A DNA stretch of 64,000 bases from an uncultured Candidatus Peribacteria bacterium (lineage in GTDB: Bacteria > Patescibacteriota > Gracilibacteria > Peribacterales > Peribacteraceae). The notes beneath the pieces are model-generated. The model made no database searches. It saw nothing but the letters and a program-made list of their open reading frames with translations, and was not told the DNA's origin. The translations under genes were made by a program, and so were the position numbers. Shown here one piece after another: positions 60,777 through 64,000 of this stretch. Location of the stretch: contig CAYWPL010000002.1 of assembly GCA_964460365.1 (NCBI GenBank), positions 90,349-154,348 of the forward strand. Direction: 5' to 3'. How positions within the stretch are numbered: position 1 is the first letter of the stretch; each line of letters begins with the position of its first letter.

Positions 60777-60834
60777 AGGTTATCACATCCACGGAAGAAC
60801 GCTCAGACGTGCGGAGCACGGAGGAAAAAAAATC

Positions 60835-61025
60835 AGCGCGAAGCACACAGGTCTCTCGTTTGGATTCGAGGTGAGCACAAGTCCGGAGGACGCCGTGCGA
60901 ACCCGAAGCCACGCGATGCCCCGGAGCGAGCCGCAGCGAGCGCAGTGGGTACAAAACCTGGGGTCGCAGGCGAGCGAAGCGAGGCTTGTCCTGAGCGTCG
61001 CCGAAGGGGTCCCTGCCGCCTGCCA
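60835..61025 (+). pseudogene. Degenerate, interrupted second copy of tRNA-Trp
   Basis: agcgcg-a-agcacacaggtctc, then a 96-nt insert (60856-60951), then caaaacctggggtcgcagg (19/19 identical to the tRNA), then a 39-nt insert replacing ttcga (60971-61009), then tccctgccgc-ctgcca. The D arm is deleted and the acceptor 3' strand is 2 nt short. Confidence 0.7.
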
Positions 61026-61027
61026 GA

Positions 61028-62347
61028 TCACTCACCCTCAGGTTGTCCCGGTAAGCGCATCCGTCCGTTTTGTACGGCGTCGATGTACGGCGCCCACTGT
61101 TCCTGCGCGTTGCGGTACGGCACGCCGTAGTCGCCGTTGAGTTGTTCAGGATGTCCGGTGATGACGGAGAGGAAGCTGATGATCAACGCGAAGAAGACGC
61201 CCATGACGAGCACCAGGAGCGCCGTGCCTTCCGCGCGGAATTTTTGTGGCAACTCTGTCACGGCGATGGCGCAGAGCAGTGGCACGAGCGGCAGGAAGAC
61301 CAGATGATAAAACGGCAGCGACGGAACCCCGAGTGCGATATAGCCCGCGAATGACAGGAACGTGGTGCACAGAAGGAACAGTACGTACTGATTGCGTGCG
61401 GAGAGGTGCTGCGGCGCGCGCAACGATGCCGACTGGCCCAGAATGTTGCGCACCACGAGGATGACACCCGCGAGGGCTCCGGCGGCGATGAGCCACGTTC
61501 CCCCTTCCGCCACGCCGAGCAGCCACGCCGGTATCGCGGCGGGCCGTACCGGGCCCCACACGTAGTCCAGACCTACGGCACCGTTGATGCCAACGAGCCA
61601 GCGCAGTTGTTCGAAAATATTTCCGGCGTTCCGCGTCGTCGCGTGCGTCAGGTTCTGGAAACCATCCTGGATATGAAAGGCGATGTACGGTGCGTAGCAG
61701 ACGAGAAAGACGCAGGCGGCGATGACCATGTCGCGCCAGCGGGGTCGCACGCGCAGCAGCGCGAGCCAGAGGATCGTGGCGACGGGCATGGCCCACGCGC
61801 TCATGTGCAGCTGCGTCAGCAGGGCCATGCTCGCCGTGGCTCCCCAGAGCCTCCAGGAGCGTCTGTCCCCGACGTAGGAGACCAGGAGCCATCCCGTGAG
61901 GACAAGGAACGGCAGGAGGGCATCCTGGGCCCAGATTTTGCGTGACAGCACGAAGAGCCACGGCGACATCGCCACGATGGCGCCGGTACACAGGGCGAGC
62001 AGTGTGCCGCCGATCCGGCGCAGAAAGAAAAACAATCCGATGATGCCCGCGGCGTTGAGCACGACGATCCATCTGGTCACGAACAGCGGGTCTGTTTTGA
62101 TGATGATCGCGGGCCAGAGGAGCAGCAGGAAGAACGGCGGATTGAAGAGTCCCGTGGAGGACTGCAATCCCACCAGCGGCAGCGTGCCTTTTTGCAGGTG
62201 CGCTGCTGCGAGGGCAAACGCCTTGAACTCATCGCCTTTGAATTCCATCGCATCCAGCGACACAAAGCGCAGCACGATGCCTGCGATGACCGCCAAACCC
62301 AACGCGGCGGCAAGAAGATGTCCGGGTGTGAAGCGCATGCTCTGCAC
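61028..62347 (-). CDS. Polytopic GT-C-like membrane glycosyltransferase (ArnT/PMT-like) candidate
   Basis: 439 aa with at least 10 TM segments. The N-terminal loop LDAMEFKGDEFKAF follows TM1, as in GT-C enzymes. No soluble domain. Confidence 0.7.
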   Translation of the reverse strand: MQSMRFTPGHLLAAALGLAVIAGIVLRFVSLDAMEFKGDEFKAFALAAAHLQKGTLPLVGLQSSTGLFNPPFFLLLLWPAIIIKTDPLFVTRWIVVLNAAGIIGLFFFLRRIGGTLLALCTGAIVAMSPWLFVLSRKIWAQDALLPFLVLTGWLLVSYVGDRRSWRLWGATASMALLTQLHMSAWAMPVATILWLALLRVRPRWRDMVIAACVFLVCYAPYIAFHIQDGFQNLTHATTRNAGNIFEQLRWLVGINGAVGLDYVWGPVRPAAIPAWLLGVAEGGTWLIAAGALAGVILVVRNILGQSASLRAPQHLSARNQYVLFLLCTTFLSFAGYIALGVPSLPFYHLVFLPLVPLLCAIAVTELPQKFRAEGTALLVLVMGVFFALIISFLSVITGHPEQLNGDYGVPYRNAQEQWAPYIDAVQNGRMRLPGQPEGE

Positions 62348-62365
62348 CGGCGCAGTGTACCGCGA

Positions 62366-64000
62366 TCAGTTCATCGCTTCCACGTAGCACTTTTCGCAGT
62401 AGATGATCTCGGGCCGGTCCGGTGCGTAGGTTGTCTGAATGTTTGCATCGCACTTGGCACAGGAGCGGTCCCACAGCTTACGCGGATTGCGCAGGGCGAG
62501 CCGGGCACGGAACCGGCAATCCGGACAGAGACGCGGCAGTGGCAGCGATGCCTCACGGCAAAATGCGAGTTCCTGAGGGATGATTTTGTAGTTCTTGCGA
62601 CAACGCGTGCAGGAGAGAATTTCTTTGGTGATTGCGTCCTGCACGTCGGCCGTGCGCGTGGGGACCGCGTCCCATCCGACGGTCTCTTTGCCCGTGGTCG
62701 AAGGCGTCTCTTCCTCCCACCGCCACCCACGCTTCCGGACCTCCTTCGGTGTCAGCGGATAATCCTGATGCGCCATCGATTCGTTGTACGGGAAGGGCGA
62801 GAGTGTCTCCGGAAAGAACAACCCCCATTCGCCTGTGCTTTCCATGTGTGCGCGGATCTTCGGAAGGAGCGCGAGATACTCGTTCTCGGAATACTGTGTG
62901 TTCAGGATGCAGTACTTCTTGTGTCGCAGCGAGATGCAGCCGAAGCAGTGCGAGCACGAGTGGCAGTTGTCCGAATAGAACATGTCGTCGCCCGTCCAGC
63001 ACTGGATCGTGAAGGCGCAGGCGCGCGCGGTCACCGAGGAATACGTTTCGTAGGTCAGCTCCGACCAGCCCGGGTGATAGCAATCCAGCGCGTCCCTGGA
63101 TTCCGCGTCCTGCACATTGATGCAGTCCTGCGACCGGTAGAGCTGAAAGCAGTTCACGCAGTCTTTGGACTCAAAGAGATAATCGCCTGTGCAGTCCTCG
63201 GTCTTGTCCTGGATGGAATACAGATGCGGGTGTTTCGCTCGCATCGCCTTTAGCTGGTCCTCCACCAGTCGCACATGGTGCGCGTTCTCAATATCCAGCT
63301 CTTTCTTGCGACGCAAATACTCCCCCTTCGTCAGCTGTTCGTTGAAAATGCAGTACGATTTGCGCCGCAGTCCGACGCAACCGATGCAGTCGCTGCATCC
63401 ACGGCAATCGTAGAGGAATGCGCAGTCGCGGCAGTTGTGCGAGAGATTGCAGGCATAGCAGTTGTACGCGTGGTTGCAATCCGTGCAGTCGACGCAACGC
63501 TGTGTTTGGAAACAGTAGCTGCAGTCGATGCAGTCCTTGCAGTCGAGAAGCCAATAGCAGTAGAGCAGCGATTCGGAGTTGTAGAGGCATTGGCTCAGGT
63601 ATGAATTGCGGCTGTCGAACGCGAAGTTGCAATAGTCGCAGTTCTCGGAATTGCTGATATTGAGTGCCTGCCGCGGCACCTTCCCGAGGAGTGCGGCGAA
63701 CTGATCGAAGAACGGTGTCGAAAAATCATAGTCGCGTCCGTACTCGAGTGCGTCCCATCCGTCGCCCCACCAGCAGCTCCGTTCGTAGACGGGGAACTGC
63801 GCGCCTGCGGGATACACCGAAAGCATGTCTGTGCGGCACGCGTCGCATGTGCGGCGATACAGGTGTCGCTCGTTGCGCCACACCATCTTCCGTTGCAGCC
63901 GACAGTCATGACAGAGTTGCGCGAGCGGGAAGGCGCCGGTCTCAAATGACTGCATGATTTTGGCATGCAGCGTCTGCTCCCCCGGTGAGATCGTGTAGCT
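62366..64000 (-). CDS. Cys-rich zinc-ribbon protein with duplicated CxxC-repeat modules (N-terminus probably beyond the right edge)
   Basis: The track ORF starts at ATG 63955, but I checked that the frame stays open to 64000 (..SYTISPGEQTLHAKI-MQSF..). The upstream residues fit the usual F-x-I-T..D..F..K....CP-CR-QR N-terminal pattern of this uncharacterised family as I remember it. Zinc-ribbon-like CxxC pairs occur at both ends. Two internal modules are dense in C-x2-C (CKDCIDCSYCFQTQRCVDCTDCNHAYNCYACNLSHNCRDCAFLYDCRGCSDCIGCVGLRRKSYCIFN; ...DNCHSCSHCFGCISLRHKKYCILN). Confidence 0.85.
   Translation of the reverse strand, partial: SYTISPGEQTLHAKIMQSFETGAFPLAQLCHDCRLQRKMVWRNERHLYRRTCDACRTDMLSVYPAGAQFPVYERSCWWGDGWDALEYGRDYDFSTPFFDQFAALLGKVPRQALNISNSENCDYCNFAFDSRNSYLSQCLYNSESLLYCYWLLDCKDCIDCSYCFQTQRCVDCTDCNHAYNCYACNLSHNCRDCAFLYDCRGCSDCIGCVGLRRKSYCIFNEQLTKGEYLRRKKELDIENAHHVRLVEDQLKAMRAKHPHLYSIQDKTEDCTGDYLFESKDCVNCFQLYRSQDCINVQDAESRDALDCYHPGWSELTYETYSSVTARACAFTIQCWTGDDMFYSDNCHSCSHCFGCISLRHKKYCILNTQYSENEYLALLPKIRAHMESTGEWGLFFPETLSPFPYNESMAHQDYPLTPKEVRKRGWRWEEETPSTTGKETVGWDAVPTRTADVQDAITKEILSCTRCRKNYKIIPQELAFCREASLPLPRLCPDCRFRARLALRNPRKLWDRSCAKCDANIQTTYAPDRPEIIYCEKCYVEAMN

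Noticed and set aside
60712-61140. ORFs of 82-107 aa covering the tRNA-Trp region on both strands
   Set aside because: They run through a tRNA gene and tRNA-derived debris, with no coding bias.
1-64000. Searched by eye for CRISPR arrays, IS elements or transposases, integrases, reverse transcriptase or DGR template/variable repeats, toxin-antitoxin pairs and known defence genes
   Set aside because: None found. There are no regularly spaced direct repeats, no DDE, tyrosine-recombinase or YxDD motifs in any long ORF, and the only HTH protein (48561-48785) has no adjacent toxin-like partner.

Overview
GC-rich, GC3-biased, very compact bacterial chromosome segment. Gene ends often overlap and I saw no rRNA genes, CRISPR array, transposase, integrase, reverse transcriptase or recognisable defence genes. 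I call about 55 protein genes, 2 intact tRNAs (Arg-CCT, Trp-CCA), a SAM-I-type riboswitch before metK and several intrinsic terminators. Recognisable genes: murB, murG, ftsW, lspA, murA (envelope); gltX, serS, an ArfB-like factor (translation); ssb, uvrB, recJ, topA, hup, comM, yraN (DNA); pyrF, zwf, pgl, metK, galU (metabolism); dnaJ, hsp20 (stress); plus several glycosyltransferases. Between these lie large genes with no family I recognise. The two best candidates for an undescribed system are: (A) a five-gene, translationally coupled operon of secreted Cys-rich proteins at 1-8442, whose last gene is missing from the ORF track because it runs off the left edge; and (B) a four-gene operon at 50650-55193. 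Operon B encodes a small acidic helical protein, an 848-aa repeat protein without a signal peptide, a calcium-binding-repeat membrane protein and a C-terminally anchored secreted protein. Other notable points: a two-OB-fold SSB; a truncated RelA/SpoT homologue with no HD motif; a tRNA-Trp locus flanked by partial and interrupted copies of itself; decayed gene remnants next to tRNA-Arg; a 32-bp perfect palindrome over the pyrF start; a covarying hairpin element in two convergent 3' UTRs; and an SLH-domain surface protein with a poly-Ser linker. Lineage cannot be determined here: some traits recall reduced-genome uncultured lineages (CPR/Patescibacteria-like), others recall Deinococcus-Thermus (two-OB SSB, SLH). 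All calls come from reading the sequence and remembered family motifs; no searches were run. Many start codons were moved inward from the ORF track and remain uncertain.
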